Shown: positions 1 to 10,551 of the stretch, one piece after another
Layout of the letters: every line of letters begins with the position of its first letter
Position numbering within the stretch: the first letter of the stretch is position 1
Notes under the pieces: generated by a model
Seen by the model: the letters and a program-made list of their open reading frames with translations, nothing else
Databases searched by the model: none
Told to the model about the DNA's origin: nothing
From: an uncultured cyanobacterium
Lineage (GTDB): Bacteria; Cyanobacteriota; Cyanobacteriia; Cyanobacteriales; Microcystaceae
Length of the DNA: 64,000 bases
Reading direction: 5' to 3'
NCBI GenBank assembly: GCA_963807635.1
Contig: CAWEDJ010000067.1
Span: 64,001 to 128,000 of the forward strand
Position numbers and translations under genes: made by a program

Positions 1-128
1 GAATTAATTTGAATCGAGTTGCTGGAATGGCGGCCCATCGTATAATTTGCTTCGTCTAAAATAATTGTTCTACGACTCGCTTGATCTTCGACGACTAAAA
101 TATGTTGAATTAGGGGGACACCATTCAT
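1..128 (-). CDS. FHA-domain protein, N-terminal part (runs off window)
   Basis: Hand translation MNGVPLIQHILVVEDQASRRTIILDEANYTMGRHSSNSIQINS, parallel to the FHA N-terminus of 688..2796; not in ORF track. Confidence 0.75.
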   Translation of the reverse strand, partial: MNGVPLIQHILVVEDQASRRTIILDEANYTMGRHSSNSIQIN

Positions 129-687
129 TATTCCACTATTTTCACCTGGCATTTTAGTTCTTCCTATCAATTAATTAAGTGTAAGCTTTTGGGGTTTCGG
201 GGGGGATGATTGAGGTATTTTTCTTAGAATTTACGTTTTAGGGACAAAAAGATTAGCCTATTCATATAATAATGAACAAACAATTAGACTCTTTTATCAA
301 TGGACATTTAATCCAAAAAAAGATTTTATTTAGCCCGTGTTTATGATAAAAAAATTATTGTAACTAGCCGTTTAATCTTTCAGAACATGACTAAAAAAAG
401 TTATATTTTCCAATAAGTTCATTCTACTCTAAGATTAAGAGCATATTAAGAAACACATATTAAGAAAGATTTAAATAATTCTAGATTGCCGACCTTATTT
501 TGTATTAACTCGATACAATATAAGACTAGAGGGGAATCACAGCGATCGCGATCGCCTTAAATATTAAGAATTATTTAATAAAAATTCACGAATAGAAATC
601 TGAAAATTTACTCTCAGAAAAATTGAATTTAGAACAATTGATCGATAGTAGAAAAAACTTATTTAACCTTAGACTGACCTAATGATC

Positions 688-2796
688 TTAGGAATGGGAC
701 TGAATACTGCTTTCCCTGAGAAATTGGGTAGCCGCCTCCATTTTCAAGGGTTGACAGAAACAAAAGCCTTGAACCTCTTCACATTTAAGCGTTTGTAATA
801 ATTGCGCGATCGCCTCTGTTTCGACTCCTTCTGCAACGACTCTGCTTTTAAAACTGTGACCTAAATTAATCATTGCTGAAACCAGGGGAAAATCCTCTGG
901 ATTTTGATCGAGTTTGACAATAAAGGAGGAATCAATTTTTAGGCTATCTACTTTAAATTGCTGTAGGCATTGGAAAGATCCCCGCCCCGTCCCAAAACCA
1001 TCAAGGGCGATTTTCACTCCCATTAATTGCAACTCCTCTAAAACCGACCGAGAAAAATCCTGATCATCCATGATAGTATTTTCCGTTAACTCTATTTCCA
1101 GCCATTGGGATTCTAATCCCGTTTTCTCTAAAATTTGTCTAATATTGGCGACTAGATCCAGTTGTTGGAATTGGCGCAGGGATAAATTAACGGAAATGGG
1201 GAGGGGCGAGATCCCCGCTTCTTGCCAAAGTTTATTCTGGCGACAGGCAGACTCTAGAATCCAGTTACCAATGGGAACAATCAGGTCGGTTTTTTCGGCT
1301 AGGGGGATGAGTTTGACAGGGGAAATTTCTCCAATGTCGGGATGTCGCCAGCGCAAGAGGGATTCCATCGCGGTAATTTCATTGCGTTCAATATTGATCT
1401 GGGGTTGATAGGTTAAATAAAATTGATTGTGTTCTAGGGCTTCGTAGAGTAAATTCTCTAACTTGAGCAGAATGGTCGATTTTGAGGCAGTTTTGGCATC
1501 ATAAAAGGCATAGGGAAGATTGGCGGTCTGTTGTTGTCCTTGTTCTAGGGCGGCGTGAGCATTTTTTAAAAGACTTGCGACTTCTTCACCGTCTTGGGGG
1601 TAGAGGGCGATACCAATTCTGCCTTTGATGTGGAGACGTTGCCCTGAAATTTCTAAAAGCCCCTCTAGGGTTTGCAAAATCTTCGTGGCGACATCCGCGA
1701 TCGCCGTTTGATCGCGAGGATTTTTTTGGAGTATGACAAACTGATGACTTTTCCAACTGGCAATACTCTCCATTGAGTTTAGAGAAGACGTTAATCGTTG
1801 AGCTACACTTTTAAGGACTTGATCACTACAATCGTAACCAAAACTATTAATGACCTTATCTAAATTATCAAAATCCAGAAACATAACGGCAATCATTTCG
1901 TTGTCCCGTTTTGCTTTGGCGATCGCGATAAATAACTGTTCCTCGAACCAAATGCGATTGGGTAATTCGGTTAGGGGATCATGGAAATTTTGATAGGTAA
2001 GACTAGCTTCTGTGTGTTTAAATTGGGTAACATCACAGAGATAACTTCTAATCACTTGACTATCTGTTAAATAGTGGACGTACTGCTCATAAATCTCATT
2101 TTTAAATTCAACTTCTCTTAGTAACATATTGCCACGCACATTCTGAGCCTGTTGTAATAAACCCGCTAAAACAGGGTGATTGATTCCTTCTTGTTGAATT
2201 AATTTGAATTTAATACTAGCGGCAGGATTAAGATAGATCACTTGACCAGTAAAATCCATTTCAATGATGGGATGGGGGCTTAATTCCGCAAAAGAAGTGA
2301 GGCGAACGGCTTCCGTTGAAGTCTGGTAAGAAAATGTTGGATTATCTTCTTCCCCGATCATGGTTGATTTACTATCGCCTTCTAAACTCTGGTGAGAAAT
2401 TTCGTACTGGGACATTTCCAGAGGATTGAAGAGTGCAATTTCAAGAGAAGTAGAAACAATATAATAACTCGCCTTGGACTGGCTACCAAACAAAATCACA
2501 TCACCATGTTTTAGCTCATGGGACTCCGTACTTTGACCATTAATCATTAGGCCATTTCTACTACGATTCCCCTCTAAATCTCCATCTAAAATTCGATAGG
2601 AATAGCTATCAATTTTCGGACTGGGTTTAATCCGAATGAGAGTCGCATGGTGACGAGAAACCACGTGATCATAGATGATAATGTCATTGCTAGATTCACG
2701 ACCAATGGAATAGGTCGGCTCTTCCAGAGAAATAATGCGCCGGGCTTTTTGATCTTCAATAACAAAAATGTGACGAAAATCCGCTTCATTTGTCAT
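688..2796 (-). CDS. FHA-PAS-GGDEF-EAL signalling protein with degenerate catalytic motifs
   Basis: IGRESSND..VSRHHA (FHA); HDPLTELPNR (GGDEF start); YQPQI..ESLLRW..DGFGTG..VAEGVET (EAL). Confidence 0.9.
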   Translation of the reverse strand: MTNEADFRHIFVIEDQKARRIISLEEPTYSIGRESSNDIIIYDHVVSRHHATLIRIKPSPKIDSYSYRILDGDLEGNRSRNGLMINGQSTESHELKHGDVILFGSQSKASYYIVSTSLEIALFNPLEMSQYEISHQSLEGDSKSTMIGEEDNPTFSYQTSTEAVRLTSFAELSPHPIIEMDFTGQVIYLNPAASIKFKLIQQEGINHPVLAGLLQQAQNVRGNMLLREVEFKNEIYEQYVHYLTDSQVIRSYLCDVTQFKHTEASLTYQNFHDPLTELPNRIWFEEQLFIAIAKAKRDNEMIAVMFLDFDNLDKVINSFGYDCSDQVLKSVAQRLTSSLNSMESIASWKSHQFVILQKNPRDQTAIADVATKILQTLEGLLEISGQRLHIKGRIGIALYPQDGEEVASLLKNAHAALEQGQQQTANLPYAFYDAKTASKSTILLKLENLLYEALEHNQFYLTYQPQINIERNEITAMESLLRWRHPDIGEISPVKLIPLAEKTDLIVPIGNWILESACRQNKLWQEAGISPLPISVNLSLRQFQQLDLVANIRQILEKTGLESQWLEIELTENTIMDDQDFSRSVLEELQLMGVKIALDGFGTGRGSFQCLQQFKVDSLKIDSSFIVKLDQNPEDFPLVSAMINLGHSFKSRVVAEGVETEAIAQLLQTLKCEEVQGFCFCQPLKMEAATQFLRESSIQSHS

Positions 2797-3235
2797 AACG
2801 GCTACCAATTGCAAGATCGATCCATAATTACGCCCTCAACATACTAGTTTGGCATAGAAGGAAGCGAAATCACCACCCCAAAATCTCGGATCTTTTGGCT
2901 AATTTTTGTCGAATCCTTGGCAGATACTCAGCTTTGATGCGAGGGAGCAATCCCTGAAAAATTTTTATAGACTACCTCTAAAGAATGCCCTCTATTTCTT
3001 CTAAAATTATCTTTTGCCCTAAACTTAGGGAAAATTGGGAACCTTGAGGCGATTTACCCCCCGAAGGGCAAGATGAATTTTTTCGACTTTTCTACGGAAT
3101 CAGTGCGATTGCCCTGGGATTTAGTTCTCATCTGGGCCAGAGGGATAACTGGCCTCTCAAGCATAAAATCCCTGAAAAAAGGCTAAACTGGAGAGAAAAG
3201 TTAAAAATTTTTAATTTGCTGAGTATTCTGCGATT

Positions 3236-3574
3236 TTGTCCATGAAAAAGATTGTTTTCTCTGCTACGGCTACTATAATTTATTTCGCGCTCCAATTCTC
3301 TCTGCCTGGCAGTATGGCGGGGACGAAACCTGCTAAAAGTTCCAATTCCTTTGATCAATATCATCACGAATGCCTGCAACGGGTAACCAAACAAGGATTA
3401 GCGGCGGATGTTGCCAAGGATGTCTGTAATTGCACTATGATGAAATTTAAGGGTCAATATAATATTCAACAATTTAAGGCGATCGTCCAAAAATCCAAGA
3501 CCGACAAAGCCTCGGCGCGCCAACTCTCTAAAGTAGGGGAAGCCTGTTTTGAAAAAGTTTTATACGAGGAATAA
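3236..3574 (+). CDS. Hypothetical secreted protein with 4 Cys
   Basis: Signal-like N-terminus, C..CNC..C pattern. Confidence 0.7.
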   Translation: MSMKKIVFSATATIIYFALQFSLPGSMAGTKPAKSSNSFDQYHHECLQRVTKQGLAADVAKDVCNCTMMKFKGQYNIQQFKAIVQKSKTDKASARQLSKVGEACFEKVLYEE

Positions 3575-4228
3575 GGGAATTTTTCGGAATAAATGTACCG
3601 TTGATGGTGATTTTGTCTCTTGGACAAATTATTGTAAAAAAAGAGAATCGAACAGCTTATTTGCTTATAAAAGATAGTTGTTTGATTGACCAAATGAATT
3701 AAATAGATTCTAAAATAGAACCCAATCGCTACTGAATTAAACCTGCAATAATGTTAATACTCATGGCGACAATTGAGGTATTAAAGAAAAAAGAAAGAAT
3801 ACCATGTAATAAAGCTAACCTCCTCAGTGATCGCGAGGTAATTTGTATATCTGAAACCTGACTGGTCATGCCAATAACAAACGAAAAATATAAAAAATCC
3901 CAATAATCGGGTTCCCTATCTTCAGGAAAATCTAGTCCTCCTGCTTTAGCATTACTCTGAATTTTATGATCTTGATAATATTCATGGGCATAGTGCATGG
4001 CAAAAATAGTGTGAACCAGTAACCAAGAACCTACAATTGTGATAACAGATAAAATGACATGAAAAATAAGAACACTTTCGTCTTTTCCTTGGGTTTCTTT
4101 CAAAATAAAAGCGATCGCCAATATACTTGCACAAGCCGCCGCCGTAATTAATCCCAGAATTACTAAACGCCCCTCATCTTGACTTTGGGCATTACAACGC
4201 ATAGTTTTGGGGATTGCTTGCACCATTA

Positions 4229-5406
4229 AGCTGTTAGTCATTTAAATAGCATATAATGAAAGTAAAAAAGGAGAAAAGTCATGCCAGTAAAAAATCATCT
4301 AAAAACGGATGAAAAACAGAAACTACAAAACGAACTGAAATATAATGAACATCCAGATATCAGGGAGAGAATCCTGATATTATTATTACAAAATGATGGT
4401 AAAACTCAACAAGAAATAGCAGATTTTGTAGGATGCTCATTAAGAAAGATAGCCTATTGGTGTGTTCATGGAGATGCCAATAACCTGGAAAGCCTAAAAG
4501 ATAAAAGAATGGAAGGGAATTATCAAAAAGCGACTCCAGAATATGTTAATAAACTTTTGGAGGTAATAGATAAAGACCCCGAAGAATTAGGTTACGAATT
4601 TGGGAGATGGACAGCACAAAGATTAGCAAAATATTTAGAAAGAGAGACAGGAATAAAGTTAAGTGGAAGTCAAGTAAGAAGAATATTAAAATCAAAAAAG
4701 TATGTGTATATTTGGGCAAAATATAGCTTAGAAGAAAGCCAAGACCCAGAGAAAAGAAAGCTATTTAAGGAAAAATTTGATAAATATTTAAAAATAGCAA
4801 AAGAGTCGCCAGAGCGTCTCCAGATATGGTTTTGGGATGAATCTGGGTTCGGTTTGAGGGTGTTAAGACGAAAAAATTGGAGCAAAAAAGGAAAAAGAAA
4901 GAAAGTGAAGGGAAATAGAAGAAAAGGAAGAGTAAATGTAATGGGAGCATTGAGACTTTCAGATAAAAAAACACGAGTAGAATTTCTAGAAAAAGGAACA
5001 GGAGAAAACTTCTTTAAAGTGTTGGAAGGGTTTTATGAAGACATAAAAATAGAATGGTCAGAAAATGGTAATAAAATAGAAGAGTTTGAAATTAACGGGC
5101 CAAAAATACTGGTTATATTAGATAATGCAAGTATTCATAAAAAGAAAGAGTTTCTAGAGAAAATAAAAGAGAAAATGCCGAATTTAATAATAGAGTTTTT
5201 ACCAGAATATAGTCCAGACTATAACTTAATAGAGTTGGTATGGCATTCAGCGAAAGAGTTTATTGCAAACCGTCTATTTAAGTCAATAGAAGAACTAGAA
5301 GAACTCCTTAACCGATTACTAAATGAGGGGGAGCTAGTTATAAATTGGGGGCGGAAGCTAAAAAACAAGGGTAACGCTGTCAATGCAGTTTAAATGCTCA
5401 ACAGCT
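4229..5406 (+). mobile_element. IS630-family insertion sequence
   Basis: Inverted ends AGCTGTTAGTCATTTAAA / TTTAAATGCTCAACAGCT, flanked by TA at 4227-4228 and 5407-5408. Confidence 0.93.
4281..5393 (+). CDS. IS630-family transposase
   Basis: HTH region; WFWDESGF, ILDNASIH, YSPDYNLIELVW DDE motifs. Confidence 0.95.
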   Translation: MPVKNHLKTDEKQKLQNELKYNEHPDIRERILILLLQNDGKTQQEIADFVGCSLRKIAYWCVHGDANNLESLKDKRMEGNYQKATPEYVNKLLEVIDKDPEELGYEFGRWTAQRLAKYLERETGIKLSGSQVRRILKSKKYVYIWAKYSLEESQDPEKRKLFKEKFDKYLKIAKESPERLQIWFWDESGFGLRVLRRKNWSKKGKRKKVKGNRRKGRVNVMGALRLSDKKTRVEFLEKGTGENFFKVLEGFYEDIKIEWSENGNKIEEFEINGPKILVILDNASIHKKKEFLEKIKEKMPNLIIEFLPEYSPDYNLIELVWHSAKEFIANRLFKSIEELEELLNRLLNEGELVINWGRKLKNKGNAVNAV

Positions 5407-5643
5407 TAATATCCAAGTTGATACCAAAAAAAAGATCATTCCCCCATCCCAAATAACGAGAATATGGGTGGTTAAACTCAACTGAGATGGTAGAAAAAAT
5501 GATGAAATTAGGGCAAAGGCGATCGATAAAATGAGGCGATTGCGAACTCTCCATCGGTGAGAAAGTTTACTTTTAAGGCGAGTTTGTCCAGATTTTTGAG
5601 GTAAGGTCATGACGATTAGAATTGATGAATACTTACCAATTTA

Positions 5644-5914
5644 TTAAACTTTAGACGCAATGAGAATAACAATAACCAGTAACCCCAAGGTTCTACGAAA
5701 GTAATTAACTCCCTGAAATAACTCTTCCCAAGCCCAGGTAAATAAAGCACCAAACGCCAGGGCTTTCTAGTCCGAGATTGATCTTGCCAGTGGTAAAAAT
5801 GATCTTCAATAAACTAGCCCCAATCCAGGTAATCAGGGGCAGATTAGGCATCTGAGCTAAAACAATGTTACCCTCTTGATCTCGAAAAATTTGATTAAAT
5901 AGATTACTTTCCAT
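5644..5914 (-). CDS. Small membrane protein with apparent +1 frameshift near 5765
   Basis: Removing one A in GAAAGCC extends the ORF as ..LEALAFGALFTWAWEELFQGVNYFRRTLGLLVIVILIASKV*. Confidence 0.65.
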
Positions 5915-5969
5915 TCCTTTAGGCTCTAAACATACCGAAAAATAGTTTGAGATTTATTGCTTGAAACAA

Positions 5970-6356
5970 TCAATCTAGTTTTGAAAAATCTTCTTGTATC
6001 TCCTGCAAAGCTTTTTCTGATGAATATTCTACACTAATAATTTCATTACGAGCTGAATCAATAGATCGAATTAATTCATCTAATTTAATTTGAACCGCTT
6101 TGGAATCATGGTTTTGAGTATTTTGAATGAGAAAAACCATCAGAAAAGTAATAATTGATGTGCCAGTGGTAATGACGATTTGCCAAGTGTCAGAAAACTT
6201 AAAAAATGGCCCTGTCATTAACCAAAGAATAACGAGACTAACTGCCACAAGTGAACCTAAAGGGGAGCCAACGGCTTCAGAGGTTTTGGTTGTTAATTCG
6301 TGAAATAAACTTTTGGGTCGCCGATATTTTCGGATAAGATTGAGTTTTTTTTGCAT
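5970..6356 (-). CDS. Low-affinity iron permease (Fet4-like) family protein
   Basis: FSDTWQIVITTGTSIITFLMVFLIQNTQNHDSKAVQIKLDELIRS motif. Confidence 0.88.
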   Translation of the reverse strand: MQKKLNLIRKYRRPKSLFHELTTKTSEAVGSPLGSLVAVSLVILWLMTGPFFKFSDTWQIVITTGTSIITFLMVFLIQNTQNHDSKAVQIKLDELIRSIDSARNEIISVEYSSEKALQEIQEDFSKLD

Positions 6357-6477
6357 GATATTTTACTACTATTAATAGGACATAATTTTTGAATGATCAC
6401 TACGCTAAAACCATTCTGAAAGAAAGAAGGAGCAATGAAACCATTACCCCTTTTTTTTAGATCAGAAACTAACTAGC

Positions 6478-7875
6478 CTATGAATTTAAAGCAGCTTTGC
6501 CGCGTTCTGGGGCGCGTAATTCATCAAGAGAGAGCTGGGGTGTTTCTGTATAAACTGAGTCTAGTAAGACTTCTAACACATCGGCTTGACGGGAATCGGC
6601 GATCGCCTGATGGGTAATTAATTCTCCAACATTGAGAATCACTCCATCATTCCGATCCAAGATAACGCGAGTAACAGGACGACCTAAAGCTCCTTTAATT
6701 CGTTTGTCTTCAATCGCTTTAGCCCCCTGATCTTGTAAATTACTGGCAGTTTCTTTGACCTGTTCCCATAGTCCCTTCGCTCCTTCTTTGACCTGTTGTC
6801 CGACATCAGACCCAGTCGTTTGTAATGCTCCAACAGTCGTTAATCCAACGGACTCCAGGAGAGCTTGTTCGTAATGATAAGCTTTTGCTCTTTCAATAAC
6901 GCGCGGCGTTACAATTTGTCCCTCTGCGGCAATCACTAAGCCTTCATCGGTAAAAATCATGCGGTTAACTCGCCGACCTTGAGCCTGTTCAATACCCATA
7001 CTCGCGACCACTCCCGTCATTTGTCCGCCTATTTTATGAGCCACACTACCTCCTGTTGCCCGATAAAGAGCATCCGTTAGGTTGTAGTTACGAGCTAAAA
7101 GAATATCTGACTGATTAACGACTTGTCCTGGTTCGATTAAATATAGACCATTCGGAATCTGTATCGGTTCTTGAGCAACTTTTCCTAAGATAAATGCTTC
7201 TTGTTCTTCGGGATTAATTACAACATTCGTAAAAGTTGTACTTGCCAATTGAGTGACTTCTTGAAATTTTTCTCCCGTGAATTGAGCAGCATCTTGTGCC
7301 TTTTCACCCGTCGCTTGAGCGATTTCTTTCACTTTGTCCCCTGTCGTTTGTAGGACGGACTTAATCCCGCCAACTTGCTCTTCCATCAGATCGGCGGTGT
7401 AAGCAGGAACAAAGGCAACATCTTCGCCAATCTTGAGGGTATCGGGAGCAGGAACAAAAGAGCGTCCAGAATAAGCATCAGCAAAAATCCCCCCAGATAC
7501 GGCGTATCCTTCGATCGCGCCACTGACATCATCAAAGTAAAGGTCTTCCATTTTTCCCAAATCACGACCATCCGTTGTCATGATTCTTGTCCCCTTTAAG
7601 ATATTATTTCTGGTTAAAATACTTTCAATTTGTGGGGACTCGCTGGCAGGAATGATGGCATCTTTAGAAGCAACAATCACACCGTCATTCCCGATCGCCT
7701 GAATTGCATTTAACGGTAATACTAGAGCATTACTAAACCAACCCGCTTCATCGACTAGAAATCCCAATAAGACATTATTTTCTTGATCAAAAATTAGGTC
7801 TGCAATCGTTTTAAATTTTTCCCCAGAGTCATAGGCGACAACGGGTTTACCTAACATACTTTTTCCATTACGCAT
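6478..7875 (-). CDS. PRC-barrel domain protein
   Basis: Two PRC barrels (LGKPVVAYDSGEK..DLIFD; GTRIMTTDGRDLGKMEDLYFD) plus repeated C-terminal modules. Confidence 0.88.
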   Translation of the reverse strand: MRNGKSMLGKPVVAYDSGEKFKTIADLIFDQENNVLLGFLVDEAGWFSNALVLPLNAIQAIGNDGVIVASKDAIIPASESPQIESILTRNNILKGTRIMTTDGRDLGKMEDLYFDDVSGAIEGYAVSGGIFADAYSGRSFVPAPDTLKIGEDVAFVPAYTADLMEEQVGGIKSVLQTTGDKVKEIAQATGEKAQDAAQFTGEKFQEVTQLASTTFTNVVINPEEQEAFILGKVAQEPIQIPNGLYLIEPGQVVNQSDILLARNYNLTDALYRATGGSVAHKIGGQMTGVVASMGIEQAQGRRVNRMIFTDEGLVIAAEGQIVTPRVIERAKAYHYEQALLESVGLTTVGALQTTGSDVGQQVKEGAKGLWEQVKETASNLQDQGAKAIEDKRIKGALGRPVTRVILDRNDGVILNVGELITHQAIADSRQADVLEVLLDSVYTETPQLSLDELRAPERGKAALNS

Positions 7876-7922
7876 TTTGAATATTTTCCTAATTGTGTAA
7901 AAATTAAACTTAGTTAACCGTA

Positions 7923-8105
7923 TTATTTCTGGATTTGTACTGGTTGAGTCGTAGACGTATTGTCTGTTTTTGTTTCTTTTCCAAAGTTAGGAATGTAGTT
8001 AATCACTCCAACGTATTCCAATGCGATCGCACCGATAAGAACGATAAGAAAACCGAAACCAGCATAGAGGGCTGGACTACTTTTTTTTCCAATAAGTCTA
8101 GGCAT
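7923..8105 (-). CDS. Small single-TM protein
   Basis: Hydrophobic stretch followed by ALEYVGVINYIPNFGKE; co-oriented with the cluster. Confidence 0.7.
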   Translation of the reverse strand: MPRLIGKKSSPALYAGFGFLIVLIGAIALEYVGVINYIPNFGKETKTDNTSTTQPVQIQK

Positions 8106-8210
8106 GTATTTTCTCGTAATTTAGGATTTTGATAGATAGTTTTAAGTAATAACTATTAATAGCAAGGTTCAGCTATTCTTAAATATTTCCCCAATCATAG
8201 ATCGTCATTA

Positions 8211-8327
8211 TCAAATGGCGGCTAGGGTAACAGGAGGATTAATGACTCCCCATCCCAAAAATATAACTAATCCTAACGTTCCTAATAGGAGCGACCAGAA
8301 AATGATATGTTGATTGTAATATTTCAT
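8211..8327 (-). CDS. Possible 38-aa hydrophobic peptide or gene remnant
   Basis: Hand translation MKYYNQHIIFWSLLLGTLGLVIFLGWGVINPPVTLAAI*. Confidence 0.35.
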   Translation of the reverse strand: MKYYNQHIIFWSLLLGTLGLVIFLGWGVINPPVTLAAI

Positions 8328-8372
8328 AAGTTTGTATACTTTATGGTTGGGAAAAATTGGTAATATTTGCAA

Positions 8373-8915
8373 TTAATAGGCGATCGCTTCTTCTGAAATT
8401 TTCCAGCCTGAAAAACTCGGTGGAAAGCCTTGGATATTGTCATAACCCAATAAATGTAAGGTCATGACACCCATTGCGGCTCGATAACCCGAAGAACAGT
8501 AAAACACCACAGGGCGATCGTGGGGAATTCTATCTAAGTCATGGGTTAAAGTCCGCAGAGGAATATTGATTGCATCAGGAATATGCCCCGACTGATATTC
8601 AGAATCTTCTCGCACATCTACCAACAAAGTTGGCGTTTTTTTTAACTGATTTTTCAATTTTGCGATATTCGCAATCGTGTAATAACCTAGCGGCATTTTG
8701 GTAAGAAAGTTATCAACTATTGCTTCTAAATTAATCGCTTCTTTGGTAATCATAGGTGTTTCCTCTTGAGAAATTAGTCTAGTTTCTATGGGCGTTACTG
8801 CCAGAGTCGGACTTTGTGCAAAACCCAATAAAAAATAAACTGATAGAACAAATCTTAATAAAATTGTTTGAATTAATTTAATAAATATGGGATTTTCGTA
8901 AAATAGTTTGAGCAA
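8373..8915 (-). CDS. Rhodanese-like domain protein (exported)
   Basis: LVDVREDSEYQSGHIPDAINIP..YCSSGYRA. Confidence 0.9.
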   Translation of the reverse strand: MLKLFYENPIFIKLIQTILLRFVLSVYFLLGFAQSPTLAVTPIETRLISQEETPMITKEAINLEAIVDNFLTKMPLGYYTIANIAKLKNQLKKTPTLLVDVREDSEYQSGHIPDAINIPLRTLTHDLDRIPHDRPVVFYCSSGYRAAMGVMTLHLLGYDNIQGFPPSFSGWKISEEAIAY

Positions 8916-9101
8916 ATATTTGCAGTAAAAAAATAAAAATACTCAATCTCATCATTGAAACGCCACTACTTAAATTATTTATATAACGGTCTTCACATGG
9001 GTTAGAGAATTTATAAATAAGATGTAAAAATAAACTAGAAGCTTGAAAGGTTAAAATTCCTCCAAGCTTATCTAGTATAAGCCCTAATTTTTAGGAAAGT
9101 A

Positions 9102-9257
9102 TTAGGTAATACTCCGACCTATAAATAGGTTATAAACAATACCAATGAGTGCCAAAACTAAAAGCAAATGGATTAAGCTTCCACCGACATGGATTGAGAA
9201 TCCTAATAGCCACAGAACGAAAAGTATAACAACAGCAGTCCAGACTAGATTTAACAT
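9102..9257 (-). CDS. lmo0937-like small membrane protein (51 aa)
   Basis: Hand translation MLNLVWTAVVILFVLWLLGFSIHVGGSLIHLLLVLALIGIVYNLFIGRSIT; GAGG RBS upstream; below ORF-track cutoff. Confidence 0.85.
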   Translation of the reverse strand: MLNLVWTAVVILFVLWLLGFSIHVGGSLIHLLLVLALIGIVYNLFIGRSIT

Positions 9258-9398
9258 AATTGCCTCTTTAAAAGATTGGATGAAAATGATTGAAATAGAA
9301 TCATGGGAAAAAGATAATTATCAAGAGAAAGGTAAGAGTTTTGATATTTATAAAAATGACCCATGACTCAAGCGGATCTAGCTATTTTAAGTTAATGG

Positions 9399-9890
9399 TT
9401 AATTAAAGATATCTCGAACTTTATCTTTAACATCTTCTACCACATTGCGGGCTTGGCTTTCAGCTTGTTTGGCTTTTCCCGTAGCTTGATCACCGCGATC
9501 GCCCGTCATTTTACCTTTTGCTTCTTGAGCTTTACCTTCAATATTTTTACTAACGGCTTTTGTTCGTCCTGTTAGTTTCATATTGTCTTTGAGATCCTCG
9601 GCAGAATTACGAACTTTGCTTTCAACTTGTTTCGCTTTTCCCATCATTTGATCTTTAGGATCGCCAGTGATATTACCCATCGTTTCTTGAGTTTTGCCCT
9701 CCAGATCCTTGGTCATTGCTTTCGCTCGATTCATGCTGGCAATTTGAACGGGCTGTTGGTGAATGAGTTGAGTAAGGGGAACAGTGGCCCAACTTTCTTC
9801 AGAACCAAAACTAAACGCGATCGCCGTTACGAGTATGGTCGTTAGACTTAGATTTAGAAAAAATCGACGAAACTGCTGAAATGAAATCAT
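9399..9890 (-). CDS. CsbD-family stress protein with signal peptide and two repeats
   Basis: Two (KDL/KNI)EGK.QE..G..TGD..DQ..GKAKQ.ES repeats. Confidence 0.87.
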   Translation of the reverse strand: MISFQQFRRFFLNLSLTTILVTAIAFSFGSEESWATVPLTQLIHQQPVQIASMNRAKAMTKDLEGKTQETMGNITGDPKDQMMGKAKQVESKVRNSAEDLKDNMKLTGRTKAVSKNIEGKAQEAKGKMTGDRGDQATGKAKQAESQARNVVEDVKDKVRDIFN

Positions 9891-10013
9891 TGTTAACTCC
9901 AAAAAAGAATTTAATAAATTAGTATTTGATGATGATTAGATGGTTAGCTAGAGCAAAGATTGTCTTCCAAAAAAATTGAAAGTATCTTTCCAAACGTTGG
10001 TGGCTTTTGTCTT

Positions 10014-10042
10014 GCGATCGCGTAGCGGCACTGCGTGATCGC
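10014..10042. repeat. HIP1 site carrying a 21-nt insertion (SDR5-like)
   Basis: GC[GATCGCGTAGCGGCACTGCGT]GATCGC. Confidence 0.55.
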
Positions 10043-10085
10043 TGTCACCAATCATCGATTAGCCCATATTTTTTAAATTTCATCG

Positions 10086-10430
10086 TTATTTTTTATCCAT
10101 TTTGTCAAGTGCTTTTTCTGTTTGTTTAACTATTGGTAACTCTGTGCCTTTAGAACGAATCATTTTTTCGCGATCGGCACTGCCTTGTATTTCATTGATT
10201 CCCCCTTCACCTTTTTGTTCAATCTCCTTAAGGGAGGTCGTTGGAGAATCAATTGCCTCTTGAGTTTTTTGTTCAATCTTATCTAACTGAACCGTACCTT
10301 TAGTCAGCGAAGAAGCCTTAGCCGCTAGGGCAGGAACACTGTTGGAAAAGATTAGTATGATAGAAAAAAAGATAGAAAGTAATACCCGTACAGGGCGTAG
10401 GTGAGAGAAAAATTTTGTTAGGTTTTTCAT
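10086..10430 (-). CDS. Hypothetical exported stress-associated protein
   Basis: Signal peptide; GGINEIQGSADREKM motif; AAGGA RBS. Confidence 0.75.
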   Translation of the reverse strand: MKNLTKFFSHLRPVRVLLSIFFSIILIFSNSVPALAAKASSLTKGTVQLDKIEQKTQEAIDSPTTSLKEIEQKGEGGINEIQGSADREKMIRSKGTELPIVKQTEKALDKMDKK

Positions 10431-10551
10431 ATTAAAATCCTTTAAGTGAATAAACAAATGTTCAAAAGTAAAAACAGTCAACTGTAGGAATCGTTTTAGT
10501 CATGACTGGAATGTACGAATTTCTACACAACAGCCACTGTAGGGGAATTAA

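Larger units (their letters stand above)
3729..5610 (-). pseudogene. DUF1345-family membrane protein interrupted by IS630
   Basis: Removing 4229..5406 plus one TA rejoins in frame (..STWILMVQAIPKTMR..); PDYWDFLYFSFVIGMTSQVSD motif. Confidence 0.88.

Noticed and set aside
9145..9366. 73-aa plus-strand ORF
   Set aside because: Antisense shadow of the lmo0937-like gene, which has an RBS and matches cluster orientation
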